Positions 27,789 to 36,968 of a stretch of 64,000 bases of DNA are shown in pieces (position 1 is the stretch's first letter; the number at the start of each line of letters is the position of its first letter). The stretch comes from a virus. A program made the position numbers and the translations under genes. The DNA lies in IMG/VR virus record IMGVR_UViG_3300025941_000018, positions 11,296 through 75,295 of that record. The stretch is one strand, 5' to 3'. The notes beneath the pieces were generated by a model that saw nothing but the letters and a program-made list of their open reading frames with translations, was not told the origin of the DNA and did not search any database.

Positions 27789-29288
27789 TCAAGCGGCAAC
27801 AGTTATCTCGGCGCGCGCATAAAGCCCGTGCCAGGTCACGCTGATCGTCGCCGTCCCAACTCCAATCGCGGTTACCAACCCCCCATGCGCGGTCACGGTC
27901 ACAATGTCCGAATCGCTGCTGCAATATTCCAAACCGTTGGCTGGCTGAAAGTTATTCTGCCCCTGCTTTACGGTGGTGGTCATCTGCAATGAGTCGTCCA
28001 CGGCAAGAACGCGGCCATTGGGCGTCAACACCAGGGCGAGTGCGGGTCCCGCAGCATCGCAGGGATCGCAGACCTCTGGCGCAGTGGCGAACACTGGCAA
28101 GTCATCGCCGCCCAACGTCGGTAGCGCCAATCGGTCAGGCTCGCCAGCGTTTGGAAATTCAATCGGCGTCGGGCATGGGACGATTTCGGTTGGCGGGCAG
28201 TCGGGGTTGGTATCAGCTCCGGTCACGGTTTGCGGAAAGCCTCCAACTTGGTAGCCGTGTGAATCGTCCCCAACGGTATAGCCCTCACGGTCTGAGGCAT
28301 GCAGCAAGCCTGTGGCTGGATAGTTTCCAGAGTAGTACGCGTGAATCAAATGGTCGCCAACCGACAATGTAGAAATGTCGAACTCAGCCCAAGCATAAGG
28401 CATCGTTCCAGTCGGAGCATTTAGAGTCACGGTTCCAAGCACGGTCGCGCCTTCGCGAAACTCGACGGTGCCAGTCGCATCCACCACTGGACCACCAACA
28501 AGGTGTCTCGCCCAAACCAAAATTCTGACCTGCTGGCCAAACACTGACGGATTGTAAATTCCCCAACTCTCAATGTCCGTTCCCGGATATATCGGCCCGA
28601 GCGTAATCGGCGTGGCGATGAGCTCCACAAAACTATTCGTGATGATAGGAAAGTCCAGAGTCGCGGTGGACGGTCCAAAATTAGAGTCCCCAGCGTAATC
28701 CGCTTGGACGGTATGCGTTCCAACTTCGAGTATTGCGAAATATGATTCTGCCGAGTCCCAAGTGAAAGTCGCCTGTCCGGAGGAAAGTGTGCCGGTGAAA
28801 TAAAAAACTCCGTCAATCGAAAAGTCCACCGTTCCTGAAGGTGTGCCGCCGCCTGTTAGCGGAGAAACTGTAGCCGTGAACGTAATTGATCCGTGCGCCG
28901 TTGGAGGAACATCCCAAACGTAATATGCCGCATCGGGGGCAAGATTAAGGTTTGTGCCCGGCTTATCAACGACCTGCGCGACGGTGTTCGACGTGCTTGG
29001 ATCGTAAACCGTGCTGCCGCCATCACCTGTGTCGTCGTAGCCCTGATATTCCGCTGTGATGTTGTGAGTCCCTGCGGTAAGGGATGAGGTATTGAAGGTG
29101 GCAACACCAGAACCATTTACCACGCGGGTTCCTAATGTTGTGACGCCATCCTTAAAGGTGACAACCGATGAGAATGTGCCGCCATCTATCGGCACGCCGC
29201 CGACAGTGACGGTTGCGGTGAAGCTTACGAGTTGTCCAAACGTCGAAGGGTTTACCGAACTAAGAAGGGTCGTGACGCTTGCGCTCAT
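27789..29288 (-). CDS. Ig-like repeat virion protein (3x Big_3-like plus C-terminal Big_2-like)
   Basis: SSVNPSTFGQ.V.FTATV..VTFKDG..LG..L.AG.H.ITA.Y.G repeats; SSDSDIVTV..GLVTAIG.GTATI. Confidence 0.88.
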   Translation of the reverse strand: MSASVTTLLSSVNPSTFGQLVSFTATVTVGGVPIDGGTFSSVVTFKDGVTTLGTRVVNGSGVATFNTSSLTAGTHNITAEYQGYDDTGDGGSTVYDPSTSNTVAQVVDKPGTNLNLAPDAAYYVWDVPPTAHGSITFTATVSPLTGGGTPSGTVDFSIDGVFYFTGTLSSGQATFTWDSAESYFAILEVGTHTVQADYAGDSNFGPSTATLDFPIITNSFVELIATPITLGPIYPGTDIESWGIYNPSVFGQQVRILVWARHLVGGPVVDATGTVEFREGATVLGTVTLNAPTGTMPYAWAEFDISTLSVGDHLIHAYYSGNYPATGLLHASDREGYTVGDDSHGYQVGGFPQTVTGADTNPDCPPTEIVPCPTPIEFPNAGEPDRLALPTLGGDDLPVFATAPEVCDPCDAAGPALALVLTPNGRVLAVDDSLQMTTTVKQGQNNFQPANGLEYCSSDSDIVTVTAHGGLVTAIGVGTATISVTWHGLYARAEITVAA

Positions 29289-29291
29289 TCA

Positions 29292-31061
29292 TCAGTGCCA
29301 GCCATTCGAAGACGAAATTCCGTCGTTTTTCTGCCAAATAACCCCATTCGTCGTGTCGATTGTGATAGCAGGCGAAACGCTGTAAACATGCCCATTCGGG
29401 TCCCCAGCCCAGCTATGCACCTGACGAATCGTCGGGTCGCTGCTGTAAAGCGGCAGCACGGCAGCCGCAGGGCCAACCACAGTGTCGGTCGTCGTGGTTT
29501 CCGAGCAATCAGCTTTGTTGATCTGGATGCTGTCCACGATCTCGCCAGCCAGATTGACCAGCTCGTACCGCAGTGAACAGGTCGTCGCGATGATGCGGCC
29601 AGCACCGAATCCGTCGGCGTTTCGAAACTCGCTGTGGCTGTCAGCACCGCCGCTCACCGGTAGAATGGTTCGGCCTCCGAGGCCGTTCAAAATGTAGGGG
29701 ATGGCATCGACCGTCAGGCGCTCATACTGCCCAAGGTCGCCGCTGAGCACCATTGACGCGCCCCAGGTTGCGAATGGCCATTGCAGACCGACAACGCCGC
29801 CTTGAGAAGCGAACGGGCTGCGATTCAGCACGACTATTTTCCACGCCGCGGCAGACAATGCGAGCTTTGCCTGTAGCCAGTTGCCTTGAACCGAGGACGA
29901 CGTGTTGCCGTCGGGCTCCAAATCATCATCACTCAGGAAGAAGAAATGCACCTTGCCAATTACCACGTCGTAGTAGCGCTCGTTCCCGGGCAGGGTGAAG
30001 AAGTCCTGGTAAGGCACCAGAGCCGCATCAGCCCAATCCACGGACCCAGGAGACGGCCAAAAGTAGTTGGTGTCTGAGCCAGAGCCGAAGGCCCCAGCGT
30101 ATCCTTTCAGGAAGTCGTGATAGAACTGGCCGACATCGAGATCGTAGTCGCCACTGCCGCTGTTATTGCCGCTGGTGATGATGGCTGAAGGCGGAAACCC
30201 ACGTAACAAGGCTGCCACTTGCTGGGCATTGGTATCACCGCTGCCATAATTGCCGATATGAGCAATTGTGAGCATGGTGGCCGGCACGTCGTCAGCAATC
30301 TCGCTGAACCATCGGTTGCGCTCAATGCCGCTCTCGTGAGTCGGCCGTAGTTTGGTTTCCTCGTTGCACTGCCACATGAGGTCCGCGAGTGCCTGGTCAA
30401 AGCCACCAGTCCCCGGAGGGTCGCCCATCTTGTAGCGCCTGGCATCCGCAGCGTCTCCGTAATCGCGCTCGTGCCCATGCTGATAATACATCTTCAACGC
30501 CTTCTTGTAGTCCTGGGCGTCGTTTACTGGGTCGTCGTCAGTCCACTCGGCCTTGATGCCTTCCCACTCGATGACCACGACCTCGTTGCTCTGAATCCAG
30601 GGCGCGATGTAAATGTTGCCGTCGTGAACGCACCACACACCGGCCCGCGCGCGACCGCATAGACTGTCGTTGGTGGCGTCCGCGTAGGCGAAACCGAATG
30701 GCAAGCGTTGGGGCAGTCCGGATGCCGCTGGGCTGACGAAAAGGTTGCGTGCCCAATCCTCGGGGACGGGCCAAAGAGTTTGGCGCAGGAACACAGGATC
30801 ACACCACTGCTTGTTCGCCAGCGTGTAAACCCTCTTGATAATCCCACGCGGCGCCCGCACAACCGTCATCCCGCACTTGTAGTTCGTCTTACAGAACTCG
30901 ACCACGTTGACGTTGCGGTCCTGCTCGCACTTGACCCACTTGGCGATCTCCGCGGCGCCCTCTTGAAAAATCTGGTTGTGGGCATCGACAAGATTCTCCG
31001 CTTGGCCTGATGGGAAGCACTGAGCAATGATCTCGGCGCGAAGTTCGGAGTAGGTTTTCAC
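29292..31061 (-). CDS. Putative head-tail adaptor fused to degenerate metallophosphoesterase domain
   Basis: TYSELRAEI adaptor-like start after capsid genes; C-half with YYD..G.VHFF.L, QGNWL..LA.S.A.WKIV, WGA..VLSG...YER. Confidence 0.7.
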   Translation of the reverse strand: MKTYSELRAEIIAQCFPSGQAENLVDAHNQIFQEGAAEIAKWVKCEQDRNVNVVEFCKTNYKCGMTVVRAPRGIIKRVYTLANKQWCDPVFLRQTLWPVPEDWARNLFVSPAASGLPQRLPFGFAYADATNDSLCGRARAGVWCVHDGNIYIAPWIQSNEVVVIEWEGIKAEWTDDDPVNDAQDYKKALKMYYQHGHERDYGDAADARRYKMGDPPGTGGFDQALADLMWQCNEETKLRPTHESGIERNRWFSEIADDVPATMLTIAHIGNYGSGDTNAQQVAALLRGFPPSAIITSGNNSGSGDYDLDVGQFYHDFLKGYAGAFGSGSDTNYFWPSPGSVDWADAALVPYQDFFTLPGNERYYDVVIGKVHFFFLSDDDLEPDGNTSSSVQGNWLQAKLALSAAAWKIVVLNRSPFASQGGVVGLQWPFATWGASMVLSGDLGQYERLTVDAIPYILNGLGGRTILPVSGGADSHSEFRNADGFGAGRIIATTCSLRYELVNLAGEIVDSIQINKADCSETTTTDTVVGPAAAVLPLYSSDPTIRQVHSWAGDPNGHVYSVSPAITIDTTNGVIWQKNDGISSSNGWH

Positions 31062-31261
31062 TTCGGAAATGCAGCGATGCGCTCGCCGAGGATGTCTGAG
31101 TAAGTGCCCATTGCCTCAAGTTGCCGCTCAAGCCGATCCCGCTCAGAAGCGTCGAGCGAGTGGTAAACCGCTCCGCCGGTAAAACTCCGAAGCTTCTGGC
31201 ATCTGTCGTCCAGTTGCTCCTTCTCGGCTATAACTCGTTCCTGGTATGCAAACATAATCAT
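31058..31261 (-). CDS. Conserved small coiled-coil phage protein (crAss001_48-like)
   Basis: QERVIAEK..L.....KL..F...L..QL.AM..Y..IL..RI. Confidence 0.75.
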   Translation of the reverse strand: MIMFAYQERVIAEKEQLDDRCQKLRSFTGGAVYHSLDASERDRLERQLEAMGTYSDILGERIAAFPK

Positions 31262-31764
31262 TCTCCTGCCGGTGGAACCGCCAACCCATCCTTCGTGAAA
31301 CTTGCCAGCTTCGACTTACGCTTGCCGACCGTCGGTTTGAACTCGGCTTTCTCACCAGTGGCAGGCGGCGGGTCGTTCACCCGAACCTGTTGCGAGACTG
31401 GCGCGGGCGTATCAGGACCACTAACCCCCACCACAGCAGCGACTCTTTCGCTTCCCAGCGCCTGGACTGGCGACAGTGACTTTAACGCTCCCTTGCCCAT
31501 CTCCTCTCTCCAAAGCGGCTTTGATGCTCCCGACGGATTCTCTTTTTTTTTGTCAATCCATTCGGTCTTGAACTCTTCGGCGCTGACTTCAGTCACACCT
31601 GAGCGGCCCTCTCTAATGCACGCCTCTAGTTCAGCTTGAACTTGCGGATTATCGTGCGCAAACCAGCCGACCAGATTGTCCAGCGTCGGAAACTTGATTC
31701 TTCCAACCGTCGGGCAAAGGACATCATTCGAGGGACCCAGCTTTTTGAAATAGCGCATTGCCAT
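31258..31764 (-). CDS. Hypothetical capsid-region protein
   Basis: Own promoter TTGACG-17-TAAAGG 6 nt before ATG 31764. Confidence 0.65.
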   Translation of the reverse strand: MAMRYFKKLGPSNDVLCPTVGRIKFPTLDNLVGWFAHDNPQVQAELEACIREGRSGVTEVSAEEFKTEWIDKKKENPSGASKPLWREEMGKGALKSLSPVQALGSERVAAVVGVSGPDTPAPVSQQVRVNDPPPATGEKAEFKPTVGKRKSKLASFTKDGLAVPPAGE

Positions 31765-31802
31765 GGGCAACCTTTAGACCTTCCTCTATCCACCGTCAAA
31801 TG

Positions 31803-31836
31803 AAAAACCGGCGCCCCTTTATGCGAGAGGCGCCGG
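31803..31836 (-). terminator. Intrinsic terminator
   Basis: CCGGCGCC..GGCGCCGG stem followed by TTTTT on minus strand. Confidence 0.75.
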
Positions 31837-31872
31837 AACCGACCTCAGTTCACCCCAACCATTCAGTTTTGG

Positions 31873-32688
31873 TTACGCGATCTGGGGAGGGTTGGCAAGG
31901 GGGATTGTGGCGCCTTTTGACAGATTATCAAATTCCCAAAGGGGCTGGATATTAGAGAAATGAAAGCAAATTTTCTGCTGCTCTGGGTCCGTCAGATCAA
32001 AAGAACTACATGGTCGCTTATGATCCAGATGGATTTTCCCGCTCATTATTCCCTCCATGCTCATGCCCTCGGTAAATTGCGATTCAAGGTGGGCGATGAG
32101 TTCTGGAATGGTACAGCCAATCAGTTCCATGGTTTTCTTTGCTTTCTTGGCCCGACCTCGGAGCGCGTGCCAGAGACGCGAACGAAGTCGGTTGCCGATA
32201 TTGTACTGCGGATCGGTTTGCCTTTTGTGGCGTTGCCAGAGCTTGATGTATTCACGGTCGCGATCAGCGGTGATGTGCTTCCGTGCTTTTATCCGATCGT
32301 ACTGCTTCTGTTTGTTGCGCATGAAATAGTCCATGCCTCGCTTTTTGCACTCGGCGTTGTAGAAAAGGTCTCCGTAGTACTTGTCGTTGCGCTGCTTTAT
32401 TCTCCTCTCCCTAATTTTCGGCTGCATGTTTTCAGCCCTCATCTTGGCGAGCACGTCTGGGTCGCTCATCCTGCGGTGGATGTACTGAATGTTCCAAAAT
32501 TTCTCCCGATTGAGCAGGAGTATCCAGACGTATAACCGGGAGTTTTTATTACATAGAATTGCGGGCCAAAGCGGCGACACGTCTATAAAATCCACGGCGT
32601 CTGCGCGTTTGTTTTTCCTCCATGCTCGAACGATGGGCGACCAATCAACGGGTTCCGAATTTGGCTTTCTTAATGGGTGCGACATAAG
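31873..32688 (-). CDS. HNH-type endonuclease inserted after capsid gene
   Basis: LRSRL...LIGCT...HLESQF..GM...HLDHKRPC..FDL....CFHFSNIQPLW..DN..KG. Confidence 0.88.
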   Translation of the reverse strand, partial: LMSHPLRKPNSEPVDWSPIVRAWRKNKRADAVDFIDVSPLWPAILCNKNSRLYVWILLLNREKFWNIQYIHRRMSDPDVLAKMRAENMQPKIRERRIKQRNDKYYGDLFYNAECKKRGMDYFMRNKQKQYDRIKARKHITADRDREYIKLWQRHKRQTDPQYNIGNRLRSRLWHALRGRAKKAKKTMELIGCTIPELIAHLESQFTEGMSMEGIMSGKIHLDHKRPCSSFDLTDPEQQKICFHFSNIQPLWEFDNLSKGATIPLANPPQIA

Positions 32689-32830
32689 TTTTTGAAGCGC
32701 CCCGTGATGCGTGTCGCACCTTGCAGCAGGGAGCCGCAAGCACGTAACACGGAGCGAAGTTGTTCGGTGACGAATTCATTCGGGTGCGAACCGAGGGAAA
32801 AATAATGGCCGCCATCTCGAACAAACGCAA
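32689..32830 (-). promoter_or_regulatory. Promoter plus structured leader of HNH gene
   Basis: TTGCGT-17-CATTAT; hairpin CGG-TTCGCAC-CCG with loop complementary to GGTGCGA inside GCTCCGTG..CACGGGGC stem. Confidence 0.55.
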
Positions 32831-32831
32831 C

Positions 32832-32860
32832 AAAAAACCCTCGCCAATTACGGCGAGGGT
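32832..32860 (-). terminator. Intrinsic terminator after major capsid gene
   Basis: CCCTCGCC-gtaatt-GGCGAGGG-TTTTTT. Confidence 0.85.
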
Positions 32861-32880
32861 GTGAATAGTTTGGTTTGAAC

Positions 32881-34833
32881 TTAGACCAAAGAACTCAGCG
32901 CAGTGAATGCAACCGAGAGTCCGATTAGTAGCCAGCCTAATCCGGCGTAAAGGTTACTATAAGATGGGTTCAAACTGCGCCCTGAAGTTGAAGGCACCAC
33001 GTCTGCGATCCCCAGAATCGCCAGCGAATTTGCGGGGCATTCCACAATGGCCGTTTTTGTGACGCTAGTAAGCGTGATCTCCTGCGTCACATTCTCCATC
33101 GTGCAAGCAAATGTCGGGTCGAGCCTTGCGAGGTTTTCGAGTTCGCCGAGCGTGCGATTCTTCCGGTTGCTGTCGATCATGCCGGGATAGATCGTGCCGC
33201 CTTTAGGTCCAGGCTGGCCGATGTCGAGCACCAGCATCATACGACCTTGCGAACTGATATTCTCCGTCGAGAACGCGTTGAACCAGTCGTCGAAGTATTC
33301 GTGCGTGATGATGTTGATCGTCACACCCTGCGGGAACTTCGGCTGGAAGCTGGTCCAGTGGAAGCCGAGTTCGTTCTTGCCGGTCTCGATGTTGAGCCGA
33401 ACGATGTCGCCGTATTCGAGCTTCATGTAGTTCACAAAAGCGGTTTCGAACAGCGCGGCCATGCGCGAGTCCGTGTAAACGTCGATGGAGTCCGAGTTGC
33501 GGCCCTGGCTCTTGCGAGCACGCATGATGTTGTAAATCTCGTCGAAGAACTCGTAGAGATTGAGCGCGTTGTTTTGCAGGTCGCGAACACGGTCGCAGGC
33601 TCGTAACTGCTCGATGACGCCGATTTGATACGCCTCGTAGGCGACCAGCTTGCCGCCGGTGCCGGGGTCGATCTGCGAGCCGGTAACGGTCAGGATCTGG
33701 CGCAGGGATTGCCAGAGCGCCATCGTCTGGTTCGAGGACACAGCCTTACCCCAGAAGAACGCATTGACCTGCTCATTCTGGAACTGCATTTCATCCTGGC
33801 GATTGCGTTCGGCCATCGGGAGGTCCCCGAGTTGACGCCAGGCTTCGTTGGACTCCATCAGGCGGGCGAACACTTTCTTATATTCCGAATCCACGCAGCG
33901 GGAGCGGCGGACGGTTTCGATCCAGAACGGAATGCGTTTGCGAGGGTCGAGCGTTGGCCGGTTATGGCACCAGCTTTCGAAGTCGTTCGCAAATGCGCCG
34001 GTCTTGATCAGCACGCCCGAAGTAGGCGCGGTGTCGAAGGGAGTCGCGCTGCCAGAGTTTTGGCTGGTGATCAGCACGTCAACGTAGGACGAGTCAGCGG
34101 CGGCCGCCGATGCCAATACTTTCCACTGGCCTTGAGTGCCGACACCACTGCCGGCGCGGCCAAAGATTTGCACGCGATCGCGGTCAACGAACCAGTTGGC
34201 ATCGAGGTCAACTCCGTAGCGGCTGACAACTCGGACGACGCGGTCGCCAGCGGCGCCCAATGCCTTCTGTGCGGTCGTTAGCGGCCCGGTAACCAAGGCG
34301 GTGTACGCGGAATTCGCCTGACCTTGAGTGATGGCCCAGAAATCGACGTTGATGACGCTGTCCTGCCGAGCGAGCACGAATGGCTGCAACAGCGAAGGCC
34401 CGCGGTCGAGCTTGGTCGTGTTGATGAGCGACTTCATGTTGCGCGCACTGGACATGATCCAGTCATACACGCCATTGGTCTTCACGCCGCACGCCTGCAT
34501 TTCAAACGCGGTTCTCCACCAGGCATCCATATCGGCGTATAAGCCACCGGGACGGAATAGGGTGTCGAGGTCAGCGGGCGTCAGGTGGGCGACCGTAGCG
34601 CGAGTCACGGTGCCGCAGGTATCGTAGTTGTTTCCAACCACGACTTGGCACGGGGTACTCTTGAAGCGCGTGGCGAGTGCGGTAACAGCCATCGTGACGC
34701 CTTTGACGGGCGTCAGCAGCTTGGCGAGGAATAAGCCGGCAACTCCCCAAGCGGGATTGTCGAGCGTGAAAGCGGCTGCGGCGAGAACCAGCAGCGCGCT
34801 GAGGATAAGTAGCGGTCGTAATGTTCGTTTCAT
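32881..34833 (-). CDS. Major capsid protein (putative), with hydrophobic N- and C-terminal segments
   Basis: Follows portal and scaffold, followed by strong terminator; spine-helix-like E...NAFFWG then GVIEQL pattern. Confidence 0.72.
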   Translation of the reverse strand: MKRTLRPLLILSALLVLAAAAFTLDNPAWGVAGLFLAKLLTPVKGVTMAVTALATRFKSTPCQVVVGNNYDTCGTVTRATVAHLTPADLDTLFRPGGLYADMDAWWRTAFEMQACGVKTNGVYDWIMSSARNMKSLINTTKLDRGPSLLQPFVLARQDSVINVDFWAITQGQANSAYTALVTGPLTTAQKALGAAGDRVVRVVSRYGVDLDANWFVDRDRVQIFGRAGSGVGTQGQWKVLASAAAADSSYVDVLITSQNSGSATPFDTAPTSGVLIKTGAFANDFESWCHNRPTLDPRKRIPFWIETVRRSRCVDSEYKKVFARLMESNEAWRQLGDLPMAERNRQDEMQFQNEQVNAFFWGKAVSSNQTMALWQSLRQILTVTGSQIDPGTGGKLVAYEAYQIGVIEQLRACDRVRDLQNNALNLYEFFDEIYNIMRARKSQGRNSDSIDVYTDSRMAALFETAFVNYMKLEYGDIVRLNIETGKNELGFHWTSFQPKFPQGVTINIITHEYFDDWFNAFSTENISSQGRMMLVLDIGQPGPKGGTIYPGMIDSNRKNRTLGELENLARLDPTFACTMENVTQEITLTSVTKTAIVECPANSLAILGIADVVPSTSGRSLNPSYSNLYAGLGWLLIGLSVAFTALSSLV

Positions 34834-34882
34834 CTTGTTGCGTTTTGCCGGCGCGACATGCGCTCGACTTACGCAACAAGAA

Positions 34883-36394
34883 TCACTTAAACATCACGTC
34901 AATGATCTGCTGCTGCGTGGTTTTCGCCGGGGTAGGACCATTATTTGCCGTAGTCACGATGTCGGACGCTGAGGCAACTGAGGGCGAACGCGGTTTTCCC
35001 GCTGGCGTTGGGGCAATTGGCGCGGCTGGACGCGCAACTTGCGTGCCCGGTCGGACGCCATTTGTGGGTGGGGCCTCGGGTTTATACTTCCTTTTAGCCA
35101 GCGCATCGGTTTGTTGGATGAGATTTCGTGCCTTTTTCCCGTAATCGTCGGTAATAAGGTCCACCACATTGTCGATTGTCAGCGTCCAGTGGCGGGCATC
35201 GTATTCCTGAAGCTTGCGTTGCTGCTCCTGGCCGGTCGAGGTATCGCGGATCTGTTTGAAGTCTTTGGCCTTCTGCTCAAGGCTCACCCATTGCCGCCCA
35301 TTGACGTTCTGCACTTCTGCCGGGGCCTGCCGCAACTGATTCTCAGCCTCCCACCGATAGCCGTCGATGATTGCGTGGATCTGATTCTTGTCCGGTTGAA
35401 GCTTGAACGGGTAATTGCCATTGGCATCGCGCACTGTGGATTTTTCCAACTCGCGAAGGATAGGGTCAATCTCGGCCGCAGTCGCGTCGAGGACGGTTGC
35501 GGCGATAGCGTCGGCCTCGTGAACCTTCTCGACTGCTTCGGTGCTCAGGTTGGGATTCTTGCCGTCTGCCGCGGTGACCAGCGCTACCAGTTCGGGCGCG
35601 GCCACAGCCACAAGCTTGAGAATTCCCCTGGCAACGTTCATTTCGATGCTCGGGCGCGCCGATTCTAAGGCTTTTTCGGCATCCATCATGTCAATGCGGG
35701 GCTTCACCTTCTCGGCAAACCGCTGCTCGACGCGCTGCTCGACCTTCATGTCAATCAGCCCGTTTTCGATGGTCTCCTTGTCCACCGGGATCGGATTCGA
35801 AGCAAACCAGTCCGCGTGCTCGTCAGCTGATGGGTCCCATGTCTTGTCGGGATTTTCCTTCTCCCATTTGTCCTGGTAATCGTAAACAGACTTCACGTAA
35901 TCGAGGAAAGCTTTAGCCTTGCCGCTGAACTTCGCGGGGTCCTGCTTCTCCAAAAATTGCAGCACTGCGTATTCCTGGGCATCGGAAGCGCTCATTTCGA
36001 ACGTCACCATGGTTGGCTCTGGCGTGGCAGGGGCGGCGGCAGGTTCCGGTCTCCGCATGGCCTCCGCAGTCTCGCGCGCCGTGCGCGTAATCAGGTCCTG
36101 GGCGTCGAACGGGCGTGCCTGCGGCTCAGGCTCTGGTTCTGGCTCAGGTTCGGCTTGCGGCTGCGGCTCAGGGGCGGCAGCGGGCTCTACGGGCGCAATG
36201 GCGGCGGGTTCCGGCTGCGGCTCAGGCTCTGGCGCGGGGTCGCCGAATAACGAATCAACGGCCACTTTGGCCGCTGCCTTTAGTTCCTCGGCATTAGGCA
36301 CGTCTTTTGGGTCGGGTTCGGCAGGGGGAGCAGGCTTCACAATCGGCGCTGCTTTAACGAAGTTTATCGGCATAAAAGTTCGGCGTTCAATCAA
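34883..36394 (-). CDS. Capsid scaffolding-like protein
   Basis: PEPEPE/Ala-rich N-terminus, helical, Pro-rich tail; between portal and capsid. Confidence 0.6.
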   Translation of the reverse strand: MIERRTFMPINFVKAAPIVKPAPPAEPDPKDVPNAEELKAAAKVAVDSLFGDPAPEPEPQPEPAAIAPVEPAAAPEPQPQAEPEPEPEPEPQARPFDAQDLITRTARETAEAMRRPEPAAAPATPEPTMVTFEMSASDAQEYAVLQFLEKQDPAKFSGKAKAFLDYVKSVYDYQDKWEKENPDKTWDPSADEHADWFASNPIPVDKETIENGLIDMKVEQRVEQRFAEKVKPRIDMMDAEKALESARPSIEMNVARGILKLVAVAAPELVALVTAADGKNPNLSTEAVEKVHEADAIAATVLDATAAEIDPILRELEKSTVRDANGNYPFKLQPDKNQIHAIIDGYRWEAENQLRQAPAEVQNVNGRQWVSLEQKAKDFKQIRDTSTGQEQQRKLQEYDARHWTLTIDNVVDLITDDYGKKARNLIQQTDALAKRKYKPEAPPTNGVRPGTQVARPAAPIAPTPAGKPRSPSVASASDIVTTANNGPTPAKTTQQQIIDVMFK

Positions 36395-36720
36395 TCGGTC
36401 TTGGCTACTTCTAGCACTGGCATGGGCTGCAAGTCAACCCCTTGGAAAGAAAACGGGCCTTCGTCTGGCTGACGGTTGCCCTGTGTCGTCTGGATGAACT
36501 TGATCATGAACTGAATCTGGCGGGCAAGTTCGCCAGCGGCTTCGGCGTCCTCTTTGTCCCCCTGCTCGTTCTTCACCAGAAGGTTTCCAGCGTCGGCGGT
36601 GAGTTGCGCTGACTGCTCGGAAAGGTATCGGAGGAAGAGGGCACAGGCTGGCAATCGTAGCCAATCCTGAAGCTGTTTAGCGCGGTCGTCCGGGTAGGCT
36701 GTGGTCTCGACTTGGATCAT
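36391..36720 (-). CDS. Hypothetical head-region protein
   Basis: Coupled ORF. Confidence 0.6.
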   Translation of the reverse strand: MIQVETTAYPDDRAKQLQDWLRLPACALFLRYLSEQSAQLTADAGNLLVKNEQGDKEDAEAAGELARQIQFMIKFIQTTQGNRQPDEGPFSFQGVDLQPMPVLEVAKTD

Positions 36721-36968
36721 GCGCTTGTTTTAGCAACTAAGTCAGCCAGCTTTTTCTCAGCCTCGACGGGGTCCATTCTAGCCCACGGTCGGTCTTCAAT
36801 TACGGCAAGGGCCTCGCAGGGGCTAAGCCCGTGGCGTTCCTCTAATCGGCGCAGTGTTTGGCTGTGGTTAAGCTGGGCTTGACGCTCATGTCCTGCTATC
36901 AGCGACCACGGAATAGAACGCAGGACTTGCTTGTCGTGACCTTTCTGGATTGGAAAGTCGCCGATCAT
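36717..36968 (-). CDS. Conserved phage hypothetical protein
   Basis: IPW...HE.QA..NH.QTL.RL.ER.GLS..EA. Confidence 0.7.
   Translation of the reverse strand: MIGDFPIQKGHDKQVLRSIPWSLIAGHERQAQLNHSQTLRRLEERHGLSPCEALAVIEDRPWARMDPVEAEKKLADLVAKTSA

Noticed and set aside
36100-36240. GGCTCA/GGCTCT-type tandem repeats
   Set aside because: Explained by the PEPEPQ linker of the scaffold protein
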